Shown: positions 47,531-61,374, numbered from the stretch's first letter. The stretch is DNA of 64,000 bases from Eledone cirrhosa (GCA_964016885.1 OZ024741.1:174282001-174346000), one strand, 5' to 3'. The notes: a model not told the origin generated them from the letters alone. Made by a program: numbers and translations.

Positions 47531-50500
47531 ATGGATGAGCTGAGAATAAATTGGAGCAACTCTGAATCAATAGATGAAATGAATATGAATCTGCGAGCTA
47601 CCAAGCACCCATGTGAAGCCCCAATCCAGAGAGAGGAAGCACACACACACCCCTGCAAAAATCAACCCTTCCCTACGAGTGTCGACAAATGCCCAAAACT
47701 CCGAGTTGGTACCATCAATGTAAGCACGATGAAAGGAAGAGCAGGAGAAATCGTAGAGATGCTAGAGCGAAAGGAAATTGATGTATGCTGTGTGCAAGAG
47801 ACTAGATGGAGAGGAGAGTCTGCTAGAGTCCTTGTAGGAAAAAGTCAGTGCTACAAATTTTTCTGGGTGGGAAGTGACGATGAGATGGGTGGTGTAGGTA
47901 TACTACTAGCTGACAAGTGGGTAGATAAAGTAATCTCAGTGTACAGGGTAAATGCAAGAATCATTAAACTCAGACTAGTCCTGAATAAAACAATTACCAC
48001 AATAATATCAGCTTACGCACCCCAATCAGGGTTGCCAGACGAACTTAAGGATAGATTTTACGAGTCCCTAATGCACACTACTGCTATAACAAACGACAAT
48101 GACTTCCTAATCATCGCAGGAGATTTTAATGGACACGTAGGTAAACACTGTGACGGCTTCAATAGAGTCCATGGAGGCCACGGGGTTGGCACAAGAAATG
48201 AGGAAGGATTCAGACTTATAGAATTCTGCGACATGTCGATATGTAACACAAACTTCAAAAAACCCGACAACCACCTGATCACCTATAGATCAGAGGAGCA
48301 TTCTAGTCAGATAGATTTTATCCTCATCAGAGGACGTGACAGATGGACGGTCGTAAACACAAAAGCCTACCCTAGTGAGGAATGTACCTCTCAACATAGC
48401 TTAGTTGTCAGCGACCTCACGGTCAGAACTAGACGAACCTGGAAACAGAGGCCAACCTGGAAAGAAAGATCTGGAAGCTGAAAGACCCCTCAGCCAGTAA
48501 CAGATTTAAAGATATTTTACTCAACGCCTACGACAGTAAAGAAGAACAGATATAGACATTCAATGTAGAAGAGCACTGGGAGTTCCTAAAAAATAACTTA
48601 CTAGAGGCGACGGATGAGGTCTGTGGCTGGAGTAAGACCACAAGCAGGAGGAGAGTGACTTGGTGGTGGAACAATAAGGTAGATGAGGCAGTTAAGGCCA
48701 AGAAACAGGCATGGAAAGAATGGAAGAACAGAGGGAGCAGGGTACATTACATAGAGACCAAGAAGGAAGCTAGGCGACAAGTATACTTAGCTAGGAGGGA
48801 AGCAGAGGATAGAAAATTCAAGCATGTTTTGCAACGTGAGGACCAGAAACAGGAGGTGTTCAAGATTGCGAGGCAGTGTGTCAGAGAGAATTGTGATGTC
48901 ATTGGAGAGAAGTGTATCCGGAATGATAAAGGTGAGCTTGCCCTCACAAGTGCTGAGAAGAAAGATGTATGGAAGAGCCATTATGATAGATTACTAAATG
49001 AGGAGAATGCATGGGAAGAAGAGACTCTACCCCAAGTAGACCCTATAGAGGGGCCAGCAGTACAAGTCAGCAGCAGCGTAGTAAGTAAGGCAATCAAAGA
49101 TATGAAGATGGGGAAGGCAACCGGTCCATCGGGTATAGCTGTCGAGATGCTGAAGGCATCTGGGTCTGTAGGTCACACTATAACCACATGTATTGTTAAC
49201 CAGGTAATACTAGAAGGCGTCATACCAAAAGATTGGTGCAGTAGCATCATTGTCAACTGATAAAAAGGGAATGGTGATGTACTAGATAGAGGAAACTATA
49301 GAGGTATAAAGCTGATGGACCAGGTCATGAAAGTAACAGAAAGAGTTATAGCACAGTTGATTAGGGACCAGGTGAAGATAGATGAGATGCAATTTGGGTT
49401 TGTACCAGAAAGAGGCACCACTGATACCCTCTTCCTTGTGAGGCAGTTACAGGAAAAATACCTAGCTAAAAGTAAGCCACTCTACCTGGCATTTGTCGAT
49501 CTCGAGAAAGCCTTTGACAGACTTCCACGTGCTGTAATCTGGTGGGCTCTTAGAAAACTAGGAGTAGATGAATGGCTTGTAAAACCTGTACAAGCCATGT
49601 ATAGGGGAGCAGTCAGCAAAGTTAGGATTAGCAATGAGTATAGTGAGGAATTTAGCGTACAGGCTGGTGTCCACTGGGGCTCTGTTCTTAGCCCTCTCCT
49701 GTTCATCATAGTCCTGCAGGCAATAACAGAGGAGTTTAAGACCGGATGCCCATGGGAACTCCTGTATGCTGATGACCTCGCACTTATAGCTGAATCTATG
49801 GTAGAACTAAAGAAATTCCAAACTTGGAAGCAGGGACTAGAAAGAAAGGGTCTCAAAGTCAACATGACAAAGACTAAGGTCCTTGTAAGTAGATGAGAAA
49901 ACAGAACCCAGATCCCCTCAGGGAAATGGCCTTGCTCAGTATGTAGGAAAGGTGTAGGTAGGAACTCCATTCTCTGCCCCAAATGCAAACAATGGGTACA
50001 CAAGAGATGTAACGGGATCTCAGGAAGCTTAATTAAGAATGTAGGCTTCACATGTAGCAGCTGTGCTGGGACAGCAAGCAGCAAACAGCCACAGGAAACA
50101 AGTACCACCAATCTCTGGGAGGGCTCTGTAGAAACAGTAGACAGCTTCTGCTGCCTAGGTGACCGAATTAGCAGCGGAGGTGGGTGTTCAGAAAGTACAA
50201 TAACTAGGGTAAGAATGGGATGGAAGAAGTTCAGGAAACTACTGCCACTGCTAGCTGTAAAAGGCTTCTCCCTCAAAATCAAAGGCAGACTGTATGATGC
50301 GTGTATCCGAACAGCAATGTTACATGGTAGTGAGACCTGGGCGCTGAAGGTGGAAGACTTACGTAGATTAGAAAGAAACGAAGCCTGCATGCTCCGATGG
50401 ATGTGTAATAGTAATATACGCGAACGACAAAGCATAAGTGAATTGAGAGAGAGACTGAGCATAAGAGGAATCAAATGTTGTGTGCAGGAGAGGCGGTTTC

Positions 50501-50750
50501 GTTGGTATGGACATGTGATGCGTATGAAGGATGACAGCTGCATAAAAGGTGCAGAGCACTAGAAGTCAATGGAAACCGTGGAGTGGGGAGACCCAAGAAG
50601 ACCTGGGATGAGGTGATAAAAGCCGACCTTACCCAATTACACCTCTCAAAGGCGATGACACATGACCGTGACCTCTGGCGTCACGCAGTAATACAGAGTA
50701 CCCGACCTCCCATGGGTACAAGCTGAAGCATATAGACAATATGCCTCCAC
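47531..50750 (+). mobile_element. Near full-length RTE LINE pseudogene (APE + RT + PHD-like finger)
   Basis: GTINVSTM, CVQETRW, SAYAPQ, GDFNGHVG, QFGFVP, AFVDLEKAFD, GSVLSPLLF, YADDL, LHGSETW, FRWYGHV; several stops and frameshifts. Confidence 0.95.
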
Positions 50751-50995
50751 ACTCTCCCACTGCAAGGTGGTCGTGGAGGTGCCACGGCAAAAAAGCACCC
50801 AGCCCACACTGTAAAGTGGACGTGTAGGCGTCACGGAAAAAGCACCCAGCACTCACTGTAAATGAGGTTGGTGTTAGGAAGGGCATCCAGCTGTAGAAAT
50901 CAAGCCAGAATCAGTTCCCATCCCACCCTTGCAAGCAGGGAAAAGCGGACGTAAAAATGATGATGATGATGATGATATATATGTGTGTGTATATA

Positions 50996-52243
50996 CAGGG
51001 TGTGGACGATATTTGTTCGCAATTTTCAACTGCTAATTTTATGCAAATTTTTTTTACTTCCGTTGTCACTCTTGTCTTCATAAAAACAGTGACTATATTT
51101 CCATTATTTATTTTCAGAATAATTGATTATGAATAATTTTGAACCTCCAAATTTGTGGAAGAGACATGGAGTTCTTCTTGGAATCCACGCTGGGAGGACA
51201 AATAAGGAAATTTCAGACTTTCTCAGCGTCAGCAGGAGAATGGTGGAAAAGGTCAGAAAGGAATTGGAAGATTCAGGATTTGATTACTAAGCAACATCAG
51301 AGAGGAAAACACATGATCGACGATCTGACGCCTTCAGAACGCCCGAGTTCGTCGCTGAAGTTTAGGATATCATCAACAATGAACCTAGCAAGTCGATGCG
51401 TGACATTGCAAGGGAGAAAGGCGTGGATGAAAAGCTCATTAGGCTGGTGGTACATGAAGACATTCGTTACGTTTGATACAAGATGAGGAAAGGACAATTT
51501 CTGTCAAAGGCGATGCAAGAAAAGTGACTGAAGCACGCAAAGAAGCTGATCAACAAGTTGAAACACCCACTGGAGCCAGACATGCTGTTGTTTTTCTCTG
51601 ACGAGAAAAACTTCTGTCAAGACTAGAAGATCAACTCCCAGAACAACAGGTGGCTCGCTGTCTCATCCAAAGATATGCCCAGAGTCATGCAGACAAAGTT
51701 TCCAGCGACAACATTGGTCTTAGGTGTCGTCATGCCACCTCACTTCTTCCCTGAGGGCCTCAAGCTGAACATCGATGGCTACATCCACGTTCTGAGTGAG
51801 GTAGTAAAGCCCTGGATTGACCAGGTAGCTGCAGGTAGACCATACGTGTGGTAGCAAGACTCAGCGCCCTGCCATACCAGCTGAAAGACCCAAGCCTGGC
51901 TGCCAGAGAACTTCGTCGATCACACATCACCTGACATCTGGCCTCCCAGCTCGCCTGACTGCAACCCTCTCGACTTCTTTGTGTGGGGCGCAGTGGAACG
52001 AGACACCAACAGATCTAGCTGCAATACGAAAGACTATCTGAAGGCCAGGATCACAAGTGCCTTTAGGAGCCTAAGTCGGGGGACAGTGACGAAGGCCTGT
52101 AGCCGGTTCCAAGGCCGCCTTGAGGCCGTCATCAAAGCCAATGGCGGGTTTATTGAGTGAGATCGAAAGAACAAGTCAAATAAAACTACTGTGTTATTTT
52201 TTCCTAGACAGTAAGATTGCAAACAAATATCATCCGCACCCTG
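50996..52243 (+). mobile_element. Tc1/mariner DD37D (maT) transposon, defective
   Basis: TA-flanked TIRs CAGGGTGTGGACGATATTTGTTCGCAAT / ATTGCAAACAAATATCATCCGCACCCTG; FSDEKNF, QDSAPCH, SPDCNPLD with 37 residues between the second and third D. Confidence 0.92.
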
Positions 52244-52439
52244 TATATGTGTTAGTTGCACCACTATATATATATATATATAGTGGTGGAACTAACATAT
52301 ATATATACATATATATAGTGGTGGAACTAACATATATATATAAATACTATATATACATATATATATAGTGGTGGAACTAATATATATATATATATATTTT
52401 TTATATTTTTTATATATTCTCTATATATTTTTTATATAT

Positions 52440-52960
52440 ATACTTTTTTTTTTTCATTTTTATCCTCCTTATATTTTATTTTATTCTTACTCTTATATCT
52501 TATTATAGTGAAATCTTCCCCATGCCTTATTACACATTATTAACTATAGATTATTATTATTCTTATTCCATTTCTAATTACCTCATGTACTTTCTCCTCC
52601 GTTTTATATATATTATATGCCCTTTGTGTGTGTGTAGCCTCTGCACACCCTCTGCACCCTACTATCAATGCCACCCCATCTATGGCTCCACTAACCACTC
52701 GACTCCCGGGAATGAATATGACCACAGCTAGTAAACAAGGACCCACACCCAACCCTCCCGCACCTAAATTAGACTTATTGGCCCCTGCTTTTGCTCTTTA
52801 CTCTCTTTATTCTTTGTTCTTGAATGTTTGGTTGGTAGAGTCCATAACACCAATCAAACCCCTTTTATAGCTCTGACGAATCCTACGGTTACGTAAGGAA
52901 GAAACATTGTAAGCCAATAAAAAATCTTTGATGCTGTAGACGCTCTTCTGTTCTTTATCA
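52440..52960 (+). mobile_element. Probable solo PLE pseudo-LTR
   Basis: Pyrimidine-rich stretch between (TA)n runs, ending with a hammerhead and AATAAA. Confidence 0.5.
52870..52914 (+). ncRNA. Type I hammerhead-like motif (short stem I)
   Basis: GCU-CUGACGA-A UCC UACG guua CGUA a GGA A-GAAA-CAUUG-UA|AGC. Confidence 0.6.
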
Positions 52961-53444
52961 TATATATATATCATCATTCATCATCATCATTTCATTTAAC
53001 GTCCGCCTTTTTCCCTGCTTGCAAGGGTGGGACGGGAACTAATTCTGGCTTGATTTCTACAGCTGGATGCCCTTCTTAACACCAACCTCATTTACAGTGA
53101 GTGCTGGGTGCTTTTTTGCCGTGGCACCTCCACGACCACTTTGCAGTGGAATGATAGGGACCCCAGTCCTATCATCTCATTTCTACAGCTGAGTAAACTG
53201 GAGCAATGTGAAATAAAGTGTCTTGCTCAAGGAAACAACACATCACCCGGTCTGAGAATTGAACTTTGAATTGAACTTTGGATATATATATATTCAAAAT
53301 TAAATTAATGGTTGTCATGTCTGAGAGACATGCGCCATATCCACTGTAGAATAAGCTCAAAGATTCCAATGAATAGATCCGAGCATTACATATCAACTAG
53401 AAATAGATTGACATATATATATAAAATAAATACATGGAACAATC

Positions 53445-54245
53445 ACAGGGAATAAAGAGGGTTGTCAGAATGCTCAAGACCAGGATTAATATCATCCACA
53501 AGTTGGCAGGAAACAGTTGGGGGTATGATGCACACACACTCCAAACTGCGTACTTAACACTTGCATACTCAGTTGCAGAGTACTGTTCACCGGTCTGGGC
53601 AGGGAGCTGCCATGCCAAGCAAGTTGACACCATCCTCAACTCGGCAATGAGAATAGTATTTGGCACTCTGAAATCTACACCTACTTAGTAGCTGCCGATC
53701 GTTTCTCATATAGCTCCTTCTCACATATGGCGTCAGGAGATGATCCATGAGACGGCTCTTCTTACAAAATCCAAGCCTGACCTTCCCATCCATGAAGACC
53801 TAGAAAACCTTCCCAACATCCACTTGAAATCATGCAAACCGTTCTGGGAATCAATGAAGACCTTTCAAGACAATAACTTTGATCTGAAGAAAAGTGGTGA
53901 AGATCCTGGAATGAGTCCAAATTTACCAACCAAGACCCTGTTCAGGACCCCACATCTAAACCAGTCAGCTTTGACTTTCCTAGAAAGCAATGAGTGTCCC
54001 TTAATTAGATCTGCATAATACATGCCAGGACAGTCCATCATCTCTATCGATGGAAAATGAAAGACAGCCCAGCATGTGACAGTGGGGACCCTGACCAGAC
54101 AGTGCTGCATGTTTTGGGGGATTGCCCCTCATACATTTTCCCGGCAGCTTGGAGGTAATCCATAAAACTACAAATGACGTCTTATTCTGGCTCACCAATC
54201 TTGATCTGCCTCCTTAACTATTGTGGATATGTCATATGACAAGAA
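53445..54245 (+). mobile_element. Vingi/Ingi-like LINE 3' fragment
   Basis: KLAGNSWGYDAHTL..YSVAEYCSPVW..HAKQVD..LNSAMRIV.GTLKSTP; degenerate C-terminal cysteine motif. Confidence 0.75.
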
Positions 54246-55258
54246 GATATTTCTATTCAGTGGTTGTTTAGCTCAAATGTACAGAGCCCTCATCTGGAAT
54301 TTGAAAGGTACAGAGTTTGATTCTCTGTAGCAACTGCTGACCAATGATTTTCTATCTATAGGTGTATTTCATCTAATTTTCTAAGGTACTATTTAAAGTA
54401 ATCGACTGCGTTTACAGTTATTTTCTACATTTGACATTGTCTCCATTTTCTAAGAATATATATATTACTGACAGATCCGCCTGTGACCTCTGTATCATGC
54501 ATTAATTTCTCCCTCCACCTTTTGAGATCTTTTCACTTGCTGCAAGGGAATCAGTCCTCTTTCTTGACCGATGCATCACGTATTAATTCCTCCCTCCACC
54601 TATAGAGATTTTCTCACTTGCTACAAACACACCTGGAAAAGGTTCATTCCATGAGGTGTTCCTTGAGAAGCTGGTGTGCCTCACAACAATGTTGCACATA
54701 TAATGTACAATTGTCGCATACAGACCAGCGAAACTGTACAGTCGGGACTTCGAAGAAAAAATAGGTATATATCTGTGTCTATTATTTCCTCTTATTTTAT
54801 AACTTTATATATATATATAACACTGTAAATGTGGTTGGTGTTGGGAAGGGTATCCAGCTATAAAAACCCCGGCCAAATTTACAGTCCCGGTGGAGCAAGG
54901 TACGGCGTGGCCAATTCTAGCCAGACTTGTCTCTCAGCGCGGACGACCCGTCTGACCCATGCAAGCATGGAAAATAAGACATTAAATGGTGGTGATGATG
55001 ATGATGATATAGATATATTACTGACAGATGTAAACATTGGTGAGAAAACCAATAAACCAGTGCTTTCAAACAAAAATACCCAGCAGTATTTGTTGAATGC
55101 AAGTTATGCCAACACTCCCTTGACACTCTCATCATTGGAAATACAGTGAATCACTGGCTGGCATGTTACAAACATATAACCAACAACAACACTACTGGTC
55201 ACTAAATGCATGAAATAGAATAGAATAAACATAAAAGGAGTTTAAAGAAACTACTCAC

Positions 55259-55365
55259 TGATATTGCTTTTCTTTGACAATTAAATCACTGGTATCAGTT
55301 TTACTTTTAGATATTGGTGGCTTCTTTTTGGCAGAATTAGACCTTTTATGAGCTGGGGGTGGCAT
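55259..55365 (-). CDS. TEX9: TEX9-like first coding exon (whole exon 55259-55390 including 25 nt of 5' UTR)
   Basis: cttttag acceptor at 55391-55392, gtgagt donor at 55258. ATG at 55365 is preceded by an in-frame TAA. Reads MPPPAHKRSNSAKKKPPISKSKTDTSDLIVKEKQY; terminal CA joins the A at 9368. Confidence 0.8.
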
Positions 55366-57126
55366 GATGATTTCCGGTTTGGGAGGTTACCTAAAAGAAC
55401 ACAAACAGAGAATTAATATTATTTCCTCCTCTTTCTGCTGCAGCTGCTGTTGACTTATGTCAATGTAGTCATTAGAATTGTTCATTCATGTACTGAGTAC
55501 ATATCCAAAATTCATTGCTTCATATTGAACACCCACTCTGTATAATCATCAACATCCTTTTTAATACTTTTCCATGGTCTAGTGGTAAATGGCCTTTTGG
55601 TTAGAGTGTTGAATTCACAATCAAATGTCATGGGATCAATTTCCAGACTAGGTGACATGTTGTGTACATAGGATTCAAAACTATGTTTTCACCTATATTG
55701 AATTCCAGTCTTGATAACGACCAGAGTCAGAAACGTCATCATCAGTTACCCACCCTTTGCCTCTGCTGGAATCTGCTAGATGTCACTACGTCATCAGTTT
55801 CCAAATTCATAGCTGAAGGCTTTCAAAATGTTTATTCGTAAACACACCATTTATTGCTAGATATACAAAATACGCATACTTATATGTATACAGCTATGTT
55901 AGAGCAAATACCTTAATACAAAACTCTGTTTTTTAAGTGTTTATACTTATCTAAAAACTTAGTTATATTACTAAATACCATCAAATTCTTTATTATTTTT
56001 TAAATAATTTGAAAACTATCGGCAGTGTCTTTCATGAGTAATAGGCTCATGAAATGGTTGAAGTGTTTATCTAAAAACTTTCCATCATAATTTTATGTAG
56101 GAACCTTCCTGATATCAACTTTTTTAGTTGCCTTTTATGACAGGAGTATGATGTACTTATTCTAAACCAGATACACACAGTAGTCGCTTGTAATAGAAAA
56201 TGTTCTAATAATATACAAAAATTCCTAATTTTCAACAAGACAAAAACAAAAAAAAAGCCAAACATGTAATTTGAGAGATTGATTGGAAAGCATGGAAAAA
56301 TAAAACAAAACACCAAAACCCAAATTACTGGAATATTCCGATAAACACTAAATCACTTGGTGTTCCATTGCTGCAATAGCACTCTTTGATCATGTGAAAT
56401 ACTTTCAACTAAGAAAAAATTTATAATAATATTATACCTTCATTAAACATGCTTCGTAGCATAAGATCTTAATTATAAGATCTTAATTAATTAAATGCAT
56501 TTTATAATTTTATTATAGCATTAGCTTGCAAGATGTAAAACAACATTGCATGAGAAAATTCTTCAGTTAAGCTATTACATCTCTATTGAAATACTGTATG
56601 GTACTGATATGTACCAACATTTGCTATTTCTGATATCCTTGATATTGCAATAGCAACTTTTTTCCTTAAATGAACTCAAACATACACTAGATTCTATAAA
56701 ATCTAACAAAGCATTTTGATCCAGATAATATCTTAGAAATCATATGGAAAAGTGAAGATGCATGGCTTAGTGTTTAGGGTAATGGACACATGATAAGGTT
56801 GTGAGTTCAATTCCCAGACTGGACAACACACTGTGTCCTTGAGTAAAACATATTTTACATTACTACAATCAACTCAGCTGAAAAGAAAATAAGTTGTGAC
56901 AACACTGGTACCAATCTAGAGAGTCCTTTGTCTTTCCTTTGGGATCCTATAAAATGTATACATACAGTATGAAATGTATATAAATAATGTCAGGACACTA
57001 TTTAATACAATGTCTTTTATTCTTTTACTGGCTTCAGTCATTACCTTGAATGTTTACAGTTGTTGTAAACTGAGTACTTATATCAGTATGGTACATTTTT
57101 TTTATCAATGTCTATCTATTGTCCAC

Positions 57127-57180
57127 AAGAAGAAGAAGAAGAAGAAGAAGAAGAAGAAGAAGAAGAAGAAGAAGAAGAAG

Positions 57181-57210
<30 letters not shown>
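57127..57210 (+). repeat. (AAG)n microsatellite
   Basis: Pure AAG run. Many (TA)n, (CA)n, (GA)n and (ATG)n tracts occur throughout the window, e.g. 58225-58570. Confidence 0.95.
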
Positions 57211-57211
<1 letters not shown>

Positions 57212-58242
57212 GTATCTATTGAGTGGCTAAGTTAGCTTTTTTAACACAACACTGTATCTAGTTTAAGATAGATCCACCATATCCTTGTGTATTGTAAGAA
57301 GTGACTAAAAGGGTTTGTGTCAGAAAGGGTATCGAGCTGTAAAACATTGCCTCAAAAAGACTGATCCAACCCATGCCTGCATGAAAAAGTTGGGGTTGAA
57401 TTAACCATTAAGTAAAATAAGTAGATTCTTAGGGTGTCAAGAGAAGTACTTAAGGCCTCAAAAGGATTTAACACAGCCCTGCCTGAAGTTGATTGAATCT
57501 AGGACTTAGAGATTGCAAAGCAAACTTCTTAATTATTTGGCCACCCAGTGGAAGGAACACAATAGAGGAAGATCACAGAAAACATGGGTGGAGGTGGTGA
57601 GTGCAGACCTCAGATTGCTGAAGCTCACAGAGATGACGAAGGACGTGACAAATGGAGAGATGCTGTGCAGAAGAGGACCCATCCCACCCTTGCAAGCAGG
57701 GAAAAGCGGACATAAAATGATGATGATGATGATGATGAGCCCTTTGTTCATATGAAAGTACCAGATGTCTCTCTGTATTAGATGCCCGTCCCTCACAAAG
57801 TTAACACCCAACTGCCACAGCTGGTACTAAGTTTTTCAGCTAAGTAGGCAGAAGCAATGTGAAATGAAATGTCTTTCTGAAAAAAAGAAAACACAATGTG
57901 CTGCCTAGTCCAAGATTCAAACCTATGACCTTATGATCACAAACCCAACACCCTAACCACTAGGCTGTGCACAATTACCACATTTTTAACGATTCTGCCA
58001 ATTAGCAGCCTGATAAATATTCTGATGATGAAGATGTCTCAGAAAAAGTCAAATAAATAATTGAATTGATTGTCTAAAGAACTATTGAAGAATTTATAAA
58101 ATGATTGTCAAACATCAGTTTCAGTACAAGTGGCTTCAAACATGACAAACAAGCAAAAAGGTTAAGAAAATTATCATCTGAGTGACAAGTGAAAGAAACA
58201 ATAAACAAAAAAGAAGTTCATGAATGATATATATATATAATG

Positions 58243-58299
<57 letters not shown>

Positions 58300-58408
58300 C
58301 TGTGTCTATATATGTATTTATATGTAATATACATTTATAATGTACATATATATATATATGTACATATGTACATATATACGTATGTACATATATATATGTG
58401 TGTGTGTA

Positions 58409-58491
<83 letters not shown>

Positions 58492-58915
58492 GTATATATA
58501 TATATATGTGTGTGTATATATATGTATATATATATATATAACATATATATATCTATATATATGTAGGTAGGTAGGTATGCATGTATGTATGTCAAATTCT
58601 CCATAAGATTCATAACTTCTTAATGGTATTTGTTGATATTTTGGTTGCAAAATGAGATGAAAGCTTATGAAGTTTTGGTTTTTCTTATAGTATCACCATT
58701 ATCATCCCCATCATCATCATTATTTCATGTCTGCATTTCTATGCTGACTTGAGTTGGACAGTTCATTACAGATCAAGTCAGTATTTAACTGGAGCTTCCG
58801 TCCTTCTTGATGCGTTGGAGAACTGAATCTTGCTCAAATATATTTTAGTTTGGCACGGTTTCTACACCTGGATGTCCTTGCTTTATGCCAACCCTTTTAC
58901 AGATTGCACAATGTG

Positions 58916-59203
58916 CATTTTATCATGGCACCAACACTAAAGAGATCGTTGTGTCCTTTATGCAACTAAATAGTCCTCTATACCCTTTTTGGGATTTCTA
59001 TGGCTGGATGCTCTCCTTATTGCCAACCACTTTACAGTTTACTAGGTACATTTTATCATGGCACCAACACTAAAGAGATCATTGTGTCCTTTATGCAACT
59101 AAATAGTCCTCTATACCCTTTTTGGGATTTCTATGGCTGGATGCTCTCCTTATTGCCAACCACTTTACAGTTTACTAGGTACATTTTATCATGGCACCAA
59201 CAC
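58916..59203 (+). repeat. 133 bp tandem duplication (~2.2 copies) of SINE-derived sequence
   Basis: TATCATGGCA recurs at 58921, 59054, 59187; copies nearly identical. Confidence 0.9.
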
Positions 59204-60235
59204 TATGGAGGTCCTACTACACATTTTGTCATGATTTCTATGGCTGAATATCCTTCCTAATGCCAATCAATTTACAGAATGTAACATCACCATCATCATC
59301 ATCATCATTGTTTAATGTTCATCTTCCATGTTAGCATGAGTTGGATGGGTTTGTCCCACTTGAGGCAAGATTGGTGGGGCGACCGTGTCTCGCTCATACA
59401 GAACTGTTTCTAGCAGGTTTTCTATGGCTGGAAGCCCTTCCTAACACCAACCACATTTACAGTGTGGACTGGGAGCCTTTTTGCCTTGTCTCTTACACAA
59501 CCACTTTACAGTGTGGACTGGGTACTTTTTGTCGTATCACTGACACAACCACTTTACAGTGGATGGAATTTGGAGGATGGAGTAACAACTTACTGATATT
59601 TTGTTTATGAAATGAAAGGTTATGTAATCATGATCTTTCATACAACATCTTACTCATATTTTAGTTACAAAATGATATGAGTGGTTATATAATCTTAGTC
59701 TTTTTTTTTTTTAAATTGTATTTCAGCAAACACATATATTTACATACATTTCTACTTCTCCATAAAACATTTTAAAGTATCATTACTGCAATGTGTCACA
59801 AGAAACTGTCAACAAAGCCATTGTATTAGCACAGCCATAACCTTAACTGAATTGACAAGCCAGACCATAGCAAACACAGACCAAATGAAATTATTGCTGT
59901 GGTATAAATTATTTATACCACACATCTTATTTCTTCAAAATATAAATTTAATCCAGAAATCACAGTAAATTGACTGCTACTCGAATACATAAATCGTCAC
60001 AAGCAAGGCTGTGTGGTTAAAGAGTTCACTTCACAACGCTCTAGCTTTGAGTTCAATTTCTACTGTAACTTCAGGCCAACAAATGCCTTGTAAGTGAATT
60101 TGGTAGAAATTGTGAAGAGACCCATCATCATCATCATCATCGTATTCATCGTTTAATGTCTATTTTCCATGCTAGCATGGGTTAGACAGGTTTGTCCCAT
60201 TAGAGTCAAGTTGGATCGGGTGACAATGTCTCGCT

Positions 60236-60277
<42 letters not shown>

Positions 60278-60689
60278 ATGATGATGATGATATATATATA
60301 TCATCATCATCATCATTGATTAACAACCATTTTCCATGCTTGCATGGGTTAAACAGGTTGTCACATTATAACACAATTCAGGCCAGGAGACCATGGCTAG
60401 TTCATATGGATCTGTATTTTGGCTTGGTTTCCACAGCTGGATGCCCTTTTTAACACCAAGCATGTTACAGGGTGAAGTGAGTGCCTTTTATCATAGCACA
60501 AAAATGACCATCTATCGGGGTGGATTGGGTGTTTTTTTTTTGTTGTATCATCAGTATGACCACTTTACAGGGTGGACTGAATGCTTTTTTCTCATGTTAC
60601 CAGCACGACTACTCAACAGGGTGGATTTCGTACTTTTTCTCATGTCAACAGCATGACCTCTATACAGGGTCACCCGACCCAACAACCTT

Positions 60690-61370
60690 CATATGCATTA
60701 TATGTCATACCACTGCAATCTCCTCTCCTGCACACAGCATCTGATCCCTCTTATGCCCAGTTTCTCTCTCAGTTCATTTATACTTTGCCATTCATCCTTT
60801 GAAGAATGCAAGCTTCATTTCTTTCCAATCTACATAGGTCCTCTGTACACTGTCCATGTCTCACTGCCATGCAGCATTTCAGTTCGTATACATGCCTCAT
60901 GTAATTTGCCCTTCATTTTGAGAGAAAAGCCTTATGTAGCCAGCAGCCATCCCATTCTCACTCTGGCTACTGAACTTTTGGAACACACACCTCCACTGCT
61001 AATTTGATTTTCTTGCCCAGGTAACAGAAGTTGTCTACTGCTTATATGGAAACTTCCAAGAATTTGATAATGCTTGTTTCTTGTGGATATTTGCTGCTTA
61101 CTGCTCCTATGCAATGGCTACATGTAAAAACCTATGTTCTTAGCTAGATCTACCTGAGATCCCACTGCATCTCTTGTGTAGCCATAGTTTGCATTTGGGA
61201 CAGAGGATGGAACTTCTACCTATGCTTTTCCTCCATACTGAGCAAAGGCATTTCCCTTCTACTTACTAGGACCTTAGTCTTTGTCAAGTTGACTTTAAGA
61301 CCCTTTGATTCTAGAGGCCATGCTTCCAGATTCTGCCATAGATTCAGCTATAAGTGTTAGATCATCTGCA
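60690..61370 (-). mobile_element. Decayed RTE LINE fragment (same family as 47531)
   Basis: [49 protein letters not shown]. Confidence 0.8.
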
Positions 61371-61374
61371 TATA

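Noticed and set aside
49258-49896. In-frame TGA codons as selenocysteine recoding
   Set aside because: The first TGA is followed by TAA, the element has frameshifts, and no SECIS was recognised; decay is simpler.
49482-50543. 353 aa minus-strand ORF
   Set aside because: Antisense shadow of the RTE reverse transcriptase.
56974-58650. Poly-K and YI/CV-repeat ORFs (also many elsewhere)
   Set aside because: Translations of (AAG)n, (TA)n and (CA)n microsatellites.
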